A DNA stretch of 64,000 nt, from positions 2,523-66,522 of the forward strand of contig CAIJLK010000298.1 of assembly GCA_903821465.1 (NCBI GenBank), written 5' to 3'. Below, one piece after another: positions 17,891 to 25,939 of the stretch. The position numbers and the translations under genes were made by a program. Every line of letters starts with the position of its first letter. Position 1 is the first letter of the stretch. The notes under the pieces are model-generated. The model saw only the letters and a list, made by a program, of their open reading frames with translations, was not told the origin of the DNA and did no database searches. The stretch is from an uncultured Bacteroidota bacterium (lineage in GTDB: Bacteria; Bacteroidota; Bacteroidia; Chitinophagales; Chitinophagaceae).

Positions 17891-18763
17891 ATGAAACGCC
17901 TAGTAATTTTATTAGTAGCTGTAATGGTTACAACAGCAAGCTTTGCCCAAAAAGACAGTACTAACTATAATACCGACACAGTAAGGGTTGGAAATTTTGT
18001 GATCATTAAAAAGAACAAGGGTGCTGCTGAAACACAAACCAGTGTTTGGCATGATTGGGATAAAACAGTTGACGTGAAAATCGAAAGGCGCCCCCGTAAA
18101 AAATCAAATGTAAGCACCAATTGGTGGATCATGGATCTAGGTTTCGCTAATTTTCGTGACCAAACAAATTATGGCTATGCACAAGCAGGATCTTATTTTA
18201 AGACCTTACGTCCGCAAGATGGTGCAGTAAATCAGAATAGCTACCAACTAAATACAGGAAAATCAAGTAATGTAAATATCTGGCTCTTCATGCAAAAGCT
18301 AAACGTATATAAGCATGTAGTGAACTTGAAATACGGTCTGGGATATGAAATGTATAATTTTCGTTACGATAGCAGACTTAGTTATCGCAAAGACCCTACT
18401 GCTTATGCCTATAATGATAGCATTTCATTTTCTAAGAACAAATTATATGTAAGCTATATTACCGTTCCATTCATGGTTAATTTCAATACCAGTCCCGAAC
18501 GAAGAAACGGATTCAATTGTAGCATTGGAATGAGTGCAGGTTATTTGATCGATAGTCGCAACAAACAAATCAGTGGCGAACGTGGCAAGCAGAAAATTAA
18601 TGGCGACTTTAGTTTTGAACCTTGGAGATTGGCTACCATTGGAGAGATTGGATTAGGTCCAATTCGCCTATATGGCTCCTACAGTTTAAATAAATTACAA
18701 AAAGATATTACCCGAGTTGAGCAGTATCCCTATTCGGTTGGTATTCGCTTTAGCAGATGGTAA
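17891..18763 (+). CDS. outer-membrane beta-barrel protein
   Basis: Signal peptide; alternating beta-strand pattern (Y.TVP.M, G...GY, YS.GIRF). Confidence 0.75.
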   Translation: MKRLVILLVAVMVTTASFAQKDSTNYNTDTVRVGNFVIIKKNKGAAETQTSVWHDWDKTVDVKIERRPRKKSNVSTNWWIMDLGFANFRDQTNYGYAQAGSYFKTLRPQDGAVNQNSYQLNTGKSSNVNIWLFMQKLNVYKHVVNLKYGLGYEMYNFRYDSRLSYRKDPTAYAYNDSISFSKNKLYVSYITVPFMVNFNTSPERRNGFNCSIGMSAGYLIDSRNKQISGERGKQKINGDFSFEPWRLATIGEIGLGPIRLYGSYSLNKLQKDITRVEQYPYSVGIRFSRW

Positions 18764-18793
18764 GAACTGATTATCAATAGTTTCTCATGTTAT

Positions 18794-18819
18794 AAATGCC
18801 CCTTTTCCTAGGGGCATTT
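18794..18819 (+). terminator. terminator of the ECF operon
   Basis: aaatgcccct...aggggcattt hairpin. Confidence 0.7.
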
Positions 18820-18907
18820 CGCATTTGTTAATACAAAAAATTTGGTATTTAGGAAGTCGATAACAATGTTTTCCTTTATGTTGCGTTTAAATAAAAAATC
18901 TTTAGAC

Positions 18908-19450
18908 ATGAAAAAGTACTCCATCTTCCTTTTGCTAGTTGGCATTATGGCGATGAATACTTCATTTAGAATACCCTACCATCTCGCTCTGAAAAATGCG
19001 AATAGTAATAGTTATTCTGTTCTGATCAGTAAGAGTAATTATTCCCTCACGCTAGTTGATGAAAATGGCGAATGGATCTCGAGTTACCCGGTTGTTTTTG
19101 GAAGCAAAGATCTTGGCGATAAAATGATGCAGGGCGATCGTAAAACACCTGAAGGAACATTTCATATTGTAGCCAAAAGAAAGCACGAAAAATGGAATCG
19201 TTTTATTTCGATCGATTATCCAAATGCAGAAAGTATCGAGAAGTTTAATATCAGAAAAGCTCAGGGTTTAATTCCATCCAATGCAAAGATTGGCGGAGAG
19301 ATTGGCATTCATGGTGTTTGGCCACATGAAGATTATGCAATAGACCAATACCAAAATTGGACCGAAGGTTGCATCAGTACTAAGAACAATTATATCCAGG
19401 AATTATTTGAATTACTTCCAGTTGGCACTACAGTAATTATAGAACACTAA
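18908..19450 (+). CDS. L,D-transpeptidase family (YkuD) protein
   Basis: GDRKTPEG, IDYPN, IGIHG...WTEGCIS catalytic motif; start placed at MKKYS. Confidence 0.9.
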   Translation: MKKYSIFLLLVGIMAMNTSFRIPYHLALKNANSNSYSVLISKSNYSLTLVDENGEWISSYPVVFGSKDLGDKMMQGDRKTPEGTFHIVAKRKHEKWNRFISIDYPNAESIEKFNIRKAQGLIPSNAKIGGEIGIHGVWPHEDYAIDQYQNWTEGCISTKNNYIQELFELLPVGTTVIIEH

Positions 19451-20391
19451 TTCAGAAATCCACCAACGGTACTCATCCATTTAGCATTTTCGTTTTTACA
19501 AAGACTCTGGTGGGCGCTTTTTACATAGATCATGAGGAATTTATCGTGACTTGCTAAGTTCTTATAAATTGTATTTGTTTCGGCTTGTGTAACCCTTGGA
19601 TCATTCAAGCCCCACTGCAATAATACTGGGCAATTTACTTTTGATGCAAAATCCTGGGGACGAAAATCAAATGCCCAATTTCTTTGCTCAATACCACCCC
19701 AAAAAGTTAACAAAGTGCTCATAGGTTCTGCTGGAATATGCATCATTTTTACACGCCCTGTTACCCCTTCCTTTAATGTTCCAAAAGGCATTTCTAAAAT
19801 CAATTTATTGGGTTTGATATTAAATTGATCCATGGCAGATAATATGGTAGACGCCCCTAAAGAAATGCCCCACAATACAATATTTTTTTCGCCACTTGCT
19901 TTTACAAAATCATATGCCGCCTTCACATCCTTAGATTCATCATAACCAATTGTGCAAACTTCTCCTTCGCTATTCCCATGCGCTCTAAAATCGGTCATCA
20001 AAACATGCCAACCCATTTCATGAAAAGCAGTGGCTTCTTTGATCATCCCACTCTTACTACTGCCATGTCCGTGAAACATAACAACCGTTCCCTTCGCATT
20101 ACTATCTGCTTTTGCATACCAGCTCTCTAGTCTAACACTATCTTTTGTTTTGAGTGTAATCGTTTCATGCTTTACCTGAAAGGAATCTACCACCTTACTT
20201 TTCGAATATTTTACACCTACAAATATGGCTGATGCCTTTTCTGAAAAGCTCATCTGTTCCGGTTTTTTTACCTGAGGAATACCTGCATAAAAATGCGTGA
20301 ATTTATACGCATGAAATGCCGCCATGATATTCAATAGCACAAAAATTCCTACAAAGAAAATGAGTATTCTTTTTAACAACTTGGCAAGCAT
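19447..20391 (-). CDS. alpha/beta hydrolase
   Basis: FHGHG, DFRAHGNSEG, G.SLGA nucleophile elbow, D and H triad residues. Confidence 0.9.
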   Translation of the reverse strand: MLAKLLKRILIFFVGIFVLLNIMAAFHAYKFTHFYAGIPQVKKPEQMSFSEKASAIFVGVKYSKSKVVDSFQVKHETITLKTKDSVRLESWYAKADSNAKGTVVMFHGHGSSKSGMIKEATAFHEMGWHVLMTDFRAHGNSEGEVCTIGYDESKDVKAAYDFVKASGEKNIVLWGISLGASTILSAMDQFNIKPNKLILEMPFGTLKEGVTGRVKMMHIPAEPMSTLLTFWGGIEQRNWAFDFRPQDFASKVNCPVLLQWGLNDPRVTQAETNTIYKNLASHDKFLMIYVKSAHQSLCKNENAKWMSTVGGFLN

Positions 20392-20404
20392 AGCAGATAA
20401 TTAA

Positions 20405-21676
20405 TTAGTCAATTTTATTAGCACCAAAGTACGGTAATAAAACTTCTGGCAAATGAATGCCATCTTCTTTTTGAAAGTTCTCTAAAATACATGCCATAAT
20501 TCTTGGCAATGCTAAAGAGCTTCCATTGAGTGAATGCGTTAATTGTGTTTTACCAGTAGCATCTTTGTAACGACATTTCATCCGGTTGGTTTGATAGTTT
20601 TCAAAATTTGAAACACTACTCACTTCTAACCAACGATCTTGTCCAGCACTATATACTTCAAAGTCATAAGTGATAGCAGAAGTAAAACCCATATCACCAC
20701 CACACAAGCGTAAGATTCGATAAGGCAATTGTAAAGATTGTAATAATCGCTCTACGTGCTCAACCATTTCATCCAGCACTTGGTAGCTTGTTTCTGGTTT
20801 TACAATTTGTATCACTTCTACTTTATCGAATTGGTGTACCCGATTTAATCCACGAACGTCTTTTCCAAAGCTCCCAGCCTCTCTTCTAAAACATGGCGTA
20901 TACGCCGTCATTTTGATGGGCAATTCAGATTCCTTGACAATCGTATCCCTATAAATATTGGTAACAGGAACTTCAGCAGTTGGGATCAAATAAAAATTAT
21001 CGGCAGTGGCATGGTACATCTGGCCTTCTTTATCTGGCAGCTGACCCGTTGCAAAAGCACTGGCTTCATTAACCATAAATGGTGGGATATATTCTGTATA
21101 TCCTGCAGCGGTATTGTAGTCGAGGAAATAAGTGATTAAAGAACGCTGCAATTTGGCACCCTTACCCTTATACAACGGAAAACCACTTCCCGTAATCTTG
21201 GCTCCAGTTTCAAAATCTACTAGATCATAGTTTTTGATCAGATCCCAATGAGGTAGTGCACCAGCATAAAGTGCAGGTTTTTGTCCGCCTTCCCTTACCA
21301 CCACATTTTCTTCTGGTGTTTTGCCTTCTGGCACTTGTTCGTAGGGTAGATTGGGCAACAAAACCAGATTAGCCTGTAAATCTGCTTCTACTTTGGCCAT
21401 TTGATCTTTCAAGGGCTCCAACTCAGATTTCCAGCCTGCCACATCTATTTTGGTAGCTTCTGCAGCATCTTTATTGCCCTGAGCCATCAATTTGCCAATC
21501 TCTTTTGAAGCTGCATTTACTTTGGATTGTGTATTGTCGAACTCGTTCTGCAAACGCTTTCTATCATCATCCAGCGAAACAATCAGGTCAACCAGATCTA
21601 ATTGTTTAAACTGTTTTACTGCTAATCTTTTCTTCACTTCTGCCGGGTTATTACGCAGAACATGCACTTGTAACAT
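20405..21676 (-). CDS. serS: serine--tRNA ligase
   Basis: LIPTAEVP, CFRREAGS, RVHQFDKVE, EVSSVSN, LNGS.LALPR. Confidence 0.98.
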   Translation of the reverse strand: MLQVHVLRNNPAEVKKRLAVKQFKQLDLVDLIVSLDDDRKRLQNEFDNTQSKVNAASKEIGKLMAQGNKDAAEATKIDVAGWKSELEPLKDQMAKVEADLQANLVLLPNLPYEQVPEGKTPEENVVVREGGQKPALYAGALPHWDLIKNYDLVDFETGAKITGSGFPLYKGKGAKLQRSLITYFLDYNTAAGYTEYIPPFMVNEASAFATGQLPDKEGQMYHATADNFYLIPTAEVPVTNIYRDTIVKESELPIKMTAYTPCFRREAGSFGKDVRGLNRVHQFDKVEVIQIVKPETSYQVLDEMVEHVERLLQSLQLPYRILRLCGGDMGFTSAITYDFEVYSAGQDRWLEVSSVSNFENYQTNRMKCRYKDATGKTQLTHSLNGSSLALPRIMACILENFQKEDGIHLPEVLLPYFGANKID

Positions 21677-21747
21677 AGAATCAATTTTTGCAAATATAAC
21701 TTTTGCAAGCTGATGAAAGCAACCTTGAACCTTTTACCTTTGCAACT

Positions 21748-22092
21748 ATGTTTATTCAAGATGATTTACAGCAGCGTTGGTGGAATTTAGAAGCGAAATT
21801 GGTGGAAAGATTCGGCAAAAAGCCCGATTTGGAAGCTGTTCTGTTCCTGATCGGTATGCAGGAGACGGGTTTCGTGGTTGAAAAAATTAGTAAAGAACAG
21901 AAACAAGACCTGATGCATATAGCGGTTTGTACGGTATTAGGACAAAGTGGCTACTATATCAAAGAAGGAAATGATGAAGATGGATGGCCCCATTACAAAC
22001 AATTGAAAGAATTGCCTGTTCAGGATTTAAGAGATCAAGAAAATTTTATCAAAGACCATGTACTATTATACTTTGAACAGATAGGGTTTTAA
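21748..22092 (+). CDS. conserved Bacteroidota hypothetical protein
   Basis: LFLIG.QE.G...SKEQKQDLMH.AVC..L...GYY...D.DGWPH pattern; start placed at MFIQDD. Confidence 0.8.
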   Translation: MFIQDDLQQRWWNLEAKLVERFGKKPDLEAVLFLIGMQETGFVVEKISKEQKQDLMHIAVCTVLGQSGYYIKEGNDEDGWPHYKQLKELPVQDLRDQENFIKDHVLLYFEQIGF

Positions 22093-22155
22093 ATTAGCTT
22101 GGTCTTAGGTATTCTTCATTTTTTATACAATATTTGCAACTATAAAAACTAAAAC

Positions 22156-22533
22156 ATGAATTTTCCGGCAACATTAAAGTACACGAAGGACCACGAATGG
22201 ATTCTATTGGAAGGCAATACTGCAACCATTGGTATTACTGATTTTGCGCAACATGAATTGGGCGATATCGTTTATGTTGACATTAATACAGTTGGTAAAA
22301 CTTTAGCAGCCGAAGAGATTTTTGGTACTGTAGAAGCGGTTAAAACGGTGAGCGATCTTTTCTTACCAGTTGCAGGTACCGTGGTTTCTATTAACCCATT
22401 ATTAGAAAAACAACCTGAGTTGGTGAATACCGACGCATACGGTGATGGATGGATGATCAAAATGGAAGTTACTAATACAGCAGATGTTGATGCGCTATTG
22501 AGCAGCGAAGCTTATGGTGCCTTAGTTGGATAA
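22156..22533 (+). CDS. gcvH: glycine cleavage system H protein
   Basis: [29 protein letters not shown] (lipoyl-Lys), Y.DGW. Confidence 0.97.
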   Translation: MNFPATLKYTKDHEWILLEGNTATIGITDFAQHELGDIVYVDINTVGKTLAAEEIFGTVEAVKTVSDLFLPVAGTVVSINPLLEKQPELVNTDAYGDGWMIKMEVTNTADVDALLSSEAYGALVG

Positions 22534-22574
22534 GATTATATAACTACTGCATACGCAAAGTTTTATCTTTGTGT

Positions 22575-22976
22575 ATGCAGTTTTTTAGAAAAAACCCCTT
22601 TCTTCCCGCTGTACTCTTTTTTGTACTTACAGTGGTGCTTTTAACCCTTCCAGGAAACCGTTTCCCCAAATCGCATTTATTTGACATCCCCTATTTCGAT
22701 AAATGGGTGCATATCGGACTATTTGGCTTACTCTGCTTTTTATTCTCTTTTCCAGTACAAGACTTTTCAATTACCCATTCTCAAAAACGAAATAGATTCT
22801 TCTTAATCACCCTATTAGGAATTGGATATGGTACTTTAATGGAATTTGTTCAAAAATACTGGATCCCAAACCGCAGTTTTGAAGGGATGGACATAGTAGC
22901 AGATTGCGTAGGAAGTATATTAGTATTAATGCTCAGCTTACAGATATTGCGTAAGAGAAAGCAGCCTAGGGTATAA
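22575..22976 (+). CDS. VanZ family membrane protein
   Basis: DKWVH..LF, G...EF.Q...P.RS.E..DI.AD. Confidence 0.85.
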   Translation: MQFFRKNPFLPAVLFFVLTVVLLTLPGNRFPKSHLFDIPYFDKWVHIGLFGLLCFLFSFPVQDFSITHSQKRNRFFLITLLGIGYGTLMEFVQKYWIPNRSFEGMDIVADCVGSILVLMLSLQILRKRKQPRV

Positions 22977-23055
22977 AAAAAGATTGGTCCCTGTTGAAAC
23001 AGGGACCGCAACCAAAACTAACTGCTTATGAGAAAAACGTTTATTATAATTTGTA
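22975..23055 (-). ncRNA. candidate trans-acting small RNA (~80 nt)
   Basis: sigma-54 promoter upstream, GC-rich hairpin 22986-23007 plus U7 at the 3' end, no ORF. Confidence 0.65.
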
Positions 23056-23066
23056 ATTATTATAGC

Positions 23067-23081
23067 GCAAATGAGATGCCA
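23067..23081 (-). promoter_or_regulatory. sigma-54 (-24/-12) promoter
   Basis: TGGCATCTCATTTGC = GG-N10-GC, close to TGGCAC-N5-TTGC. Confidence 0.7.
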
Positions 23082-23201
23082 GAATCTTTTTTGCACTGTT
23101 AATAGTTTCTAAATAGTTTGAAACTATCCCCCTTTGCTTACACAAAGCTCAGTAAGAAATACTAAAAAAAATGTGAAGGGAGTAAGAAGAATTTGTTAAG
23201 A

Positions 23202-23909
23202 CTAGGGACAAACAACAGTATGCGCTGCGGAGTTATTCATAGATGGACTAATCATGGGAATATTCAGATTTAACCCCCTCAGGATGAGTAAGATACCCAT
23301 CGTAGCAATAAAGAAAGGAATAGCTTTTTTCATGTGATTACGCACATTTAGGCTGATAACAGTGCCAAAATAGGTAAGCAAAAACATGGCAGGGAATGTT
23401 CCTAACCCAAAAAATAGCATAAAGACCACCCCTCCGGTTAAATTACCTGCCGCCATGGCCCCTGTTATGGCCAAATAAACCATTCCGCAGGGTAATAAGC
23501 CATTTGCCATACCCAAAATCAGCATGCCGTATAATTGTTTTTTTTGAATATAAATGGCGATGATATTTTGCAGCTTTTCTTGAAACTGGTCGAATAGTTT
23601 TATGCGCACCAACTTCTTGCCAATAGTTGATTGTAATAAAATCAATAAAATAATACAACCCAGTGCGATGGAAAAATATTGTTGTATCCCCGCTAAATAA
23701 AATTGCCTTCCAACAAATCCAAAGAATAATCCAAGCATCGAATAAATGAAAATTCTACCTAGATGATAGAACAGGATGCCAACTAATTTTTTATGTGTGG
23801 GTAAGTAGTAAACAGGAAGTGAAAAAGCGATGGGACCGCACATACCAACACAGTGAAAACTACTCACGACACCTAAGACGAAACCAGATATAATTAATGG
23901 CCATTCCAT
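23202..23909 (-). CDS. DsbD_2 / TauE-SafE-like cbb3 oxidase assembly membrane protein
   Basis: S.HCVGMCGP, Y..GR..Y, NGLLPCGMVY, FGLGT.P. Confidence 0.9.
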   Translation of the reverse strand: MEWPLIISGFVLGVVSSFHCVGMCGPIAFSLPVYYLPTHKKLVGILFYHLGRIFIYSMLGLFFGFVGRQFYLAGIQQYFSIALGCIILLILLQSTIGKKLVRIKLFDQFQEKLQNIIAIYIQKKQLYGMLILGMANGLLPCGMVYLAITGAMAAGNLTGGVVFMLFFGLGTFPAMFLLTYFGTVISLNVRNHMKKAIPFFIATMGILLILRGLNLNIPMISPSMNNSAAHTVVCP

Positions 23910-23911
23910 GA

Positions 23912-24352
23912 TTAACGAATCATTACTTTCTCTTCAAAGTAATAAGACTCAGTACCTAATTGCCAATTCATTTTTATATTATAAGCTCCTTTCTGCAAGC
24001 TTTTCTTAAGCACAATATGACGATTGGTTGAATCAACCTGTAATGCTGTATGATAATCTTTTTGTTCGTCGGTAATACAATAAAAAAATACATCGCCACT
24101 AAGTGCAAAGCCTTTTTGTTCTTGGGGCAAATGAATAATTATTGCATCAGCATCTTGTTCAATTTTTACAGCACTAATCTTAGAAGCATTATTTTGGCTA
24201 TTGATCTTATCTTGATAACGTAATTCATCCTTGTAATAATCCTTACTCACTAAATCGTATTTAGTAGTAACAGCACGATATACCAGGTAGCCAATAAAAG
24301 CACCAAACACAACAAATACAACTACTAATTTATTACCCCAATTCATTATCAA
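23912..24352 (-). CDS. ccoH: FixH/CcoH family protein
   Basis: MNWG.K, TM helix, DLVS.DYY..EL.YQ..I; position in the cco cluster. Confidence 0.85.
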   Translation of the reverse strand: MIMNWGNKLVVVFVVFGAFIGYLVYRAVTTKYDLVSKDYYKDELRYQDKINSQNNASKISAVKIEQDADAIIIHLPQEQKGFALSGDVFFYCITDEQKDYHTALQVDSTNRHIVLKKSLQKGAYNIKMNWQLGTESYYFEEKVMIR

Positions 24353-24365
24353 TTATTTAATAATT

Positions 24366-24406
24366 AAACAGTACTGTTTGAGTTAGTCAAATATACAATA
24401 CTGTAT
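24366..24406 (-). promoter_or_regulatory. internal promoter for ccoH with two ACARTACTGT motifs
   Basis: TATATTTG (24388-24395, minus strand); palindrome aaacagtactgttt 24366-24379; atacaatactgtat 24393-24406. Confidence 0.55.
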
Positions 24407-24427
24407 TCAGTTGTACCGATAGTCTAT

Positions 24428-24463
24428 AAAAATGTATTGCGGATAAGAATTATCCGCAATACA
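24428..24463 (-). terminator. terminator after ccoP
   Basis: tgtattgcggataa-N3-ttatccgcaataca followed by a T run on the minus strand. Confidence 0.8.
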
Positions 24464-24489
24464 AAATATAATAAGCAAATGGTATCAAT

Positions 24490-25698
24490 TTATTTAGCAG
24501 GTGCTACGGCTTTGGTTGAGTCCGTTTTTGCTTTTGTAGAATCTGCAGCAGGAGCAGTCCCTCCACTTGCTTTCTCCTCATACAAAACACCCTGAGGAGC
24601 TTTTGGAACAGCAGGTTTAGTGCCAACCAAAGATTTTACATAACTAGCCAATTGGGCTATCTGAGTTGGAGAGTAATCATCTTTCCAGCTCTTCATCCCT
24701 TTTTCAGGATAGCCGTATTTAATGGTTTTGAAAAGATCTTTAATACTACCTCCATGAAGAAAGTAATTATCTGTCATATTAGGCCCAACCAATCCACCGC
24801 CATCAGGCAAGTGACAAGCTGCACAAATAGTAATAAAGATTGCTTTACCAGCTTCATGGTCTGCAGGTGATGTTAGATATACAACTGTATTTTCATCGAT
24901 ATTGTTGGCAGATTTTTTCAAATACGTTTCTTTTTCTGCAGCTGCTTGTTCTAATGAAATAGCTAATTCCTGTTTACTCAATGGTGCTGATTTAGCAACA
25001 TGGTATCTGTATAAATAAAGGCCTGCAAAAATAATTGTCAAATAAAATCCATACAACCACCATGGAGGAAGACGGTTATCCAATTCTCGTATACCATCGT
25101 AGTCGTGTCCAAGATCAATGCTTGATTCTTCTTTCAATGGTTTGAAACTATTGAAGTTGTCCCACCACTTTACGAAGGAAAAACTTTTAGTTACAACTTC
25201 TTCTTCAGAACCTAAAGCCACTGCAGCTTCTTTCGATAATAGTTTCTTAAGATTCGCTAATAGAACCCAAAGAATTAATAATTCCAAAAAAATCACAGAT
25301 ACCAATACATAGAATGAAGTCAATGATAATCCTCCAATTGCTGTTTCTTCTACAACAGCTGTTGCAGCATCTGGTGTAACTGCTGCAAATAAAGCAGAAC
25401 TAGTTAAACACAGTAATGCAACAGTTAAAAACTTGCCAGCATTACTACTCGTTTTTTTACGTTCGTCTTTGTAACGTTGAAGATACACTTGGGCGGCCCC
25501 AAGTATTACATTGGCCAAAAGACCAATGGCTAATAATAATCCCACTATTATTACTAGCAGTACTTGAGCCAAAGGATTGGATAACTCCGAAGCCTTCGGT
25601 GGGCCAGCCGCAAATGCATCAATTGAACTAAAACCGATAGAAATCACAACTACCAGGGCTTTAACCCAATAAGATATGGAAGAATATTTTTTAAACAT
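24490..25698 (-). CDS. ccoP: cbb3-type cytochrome c oxidase subunit III (N-terminally extended, one heme)
   Basis: H.YDGIRELDN.LPPWW (FixP_N), CAACH, GPNMTD, GM..W. Confidence 0.93.
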   Translation of the reverse strand: MFKKYSSISYWVKALVVVISIGFSSIDAFAAGPPKASELSNPLAQVLLVIIVGLLLAIGLLANVILGAAQVYLQRYKDERKKTSSNAGKFLTVALLCLTSSALFAAVTPDAATAVVEETAIGGLSLTSFYVLVSVIFLELLILWVLLANLKKLLSKEAAVALGSEEEVVTKSFSFVKWWDNFNSFKPLKEESSIDLGHDYDGIRELDNRLPPWWLYGFYLTIIFAGLYLYRYHVAKSAPLSKQELAISLEQAAAEKETYLKKSANNIDENTVVYLTSPADHEAGKAIFITICAACHLPDGGGLVGPNMTDNYFLHGGSIKDLFKTIKYGYPEKGMKSWKDDYSPTQIAQLASYVKSLVGTKPAVPKAPQGVLYEEKASGGTAPAADSTKAKTDSTKAVAPAK

Positions 25699-25721
25699 GT
25701 CAGTTGATTTAAGGTTTGTGC

Positions 25722-25883
25722 TTAGTTATCAAGGGGTAAATGATTGATTTTATCGAGCGACTTTTTATCTGATGTCATTACCCAAATGGTCATCCCTACA
25801 AAGAATGTAAAGAAGATAGTTAATGAACTCAACCCATAAATATCAACACCCGTAATCGTCTCTAAATAATGTATAAATTTCAT
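25722..25883 (-). CDS. ccoQ: cbb3-type oxidase subunit CcoQ (53 aa; absent from the ORF track)
   Basis: Translated by hand: MKFIHYLETITGVDIYGLSSLTIFFTFFVGMTIWVMTSDKKSLDKINHLPLDN; one TM, C-terminal LPL, between ccoNO and ccoP. Confidence 0.88.
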   Translation of the reverse strand: MKFIHYLETITGVDIYGLSSLTIFFTFFVGMTIWVMTSDKKSLDKINHLPLDN

Positions 25884-25900
25884 AAACCCTTATATTATGA

Positions 25901-25934
25901 TTATCAGCGATTGCTTTATTGCAATCGCTGATAA
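25901..25934. repeat. intra-operon perfect stem-loop between ccoNO and ccoQ
   Basis: ttatcagcgattgc-N6-gcaatcgctgataa. Confidence 0.85.
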
Positions 25935-25939
25935 CTTTT

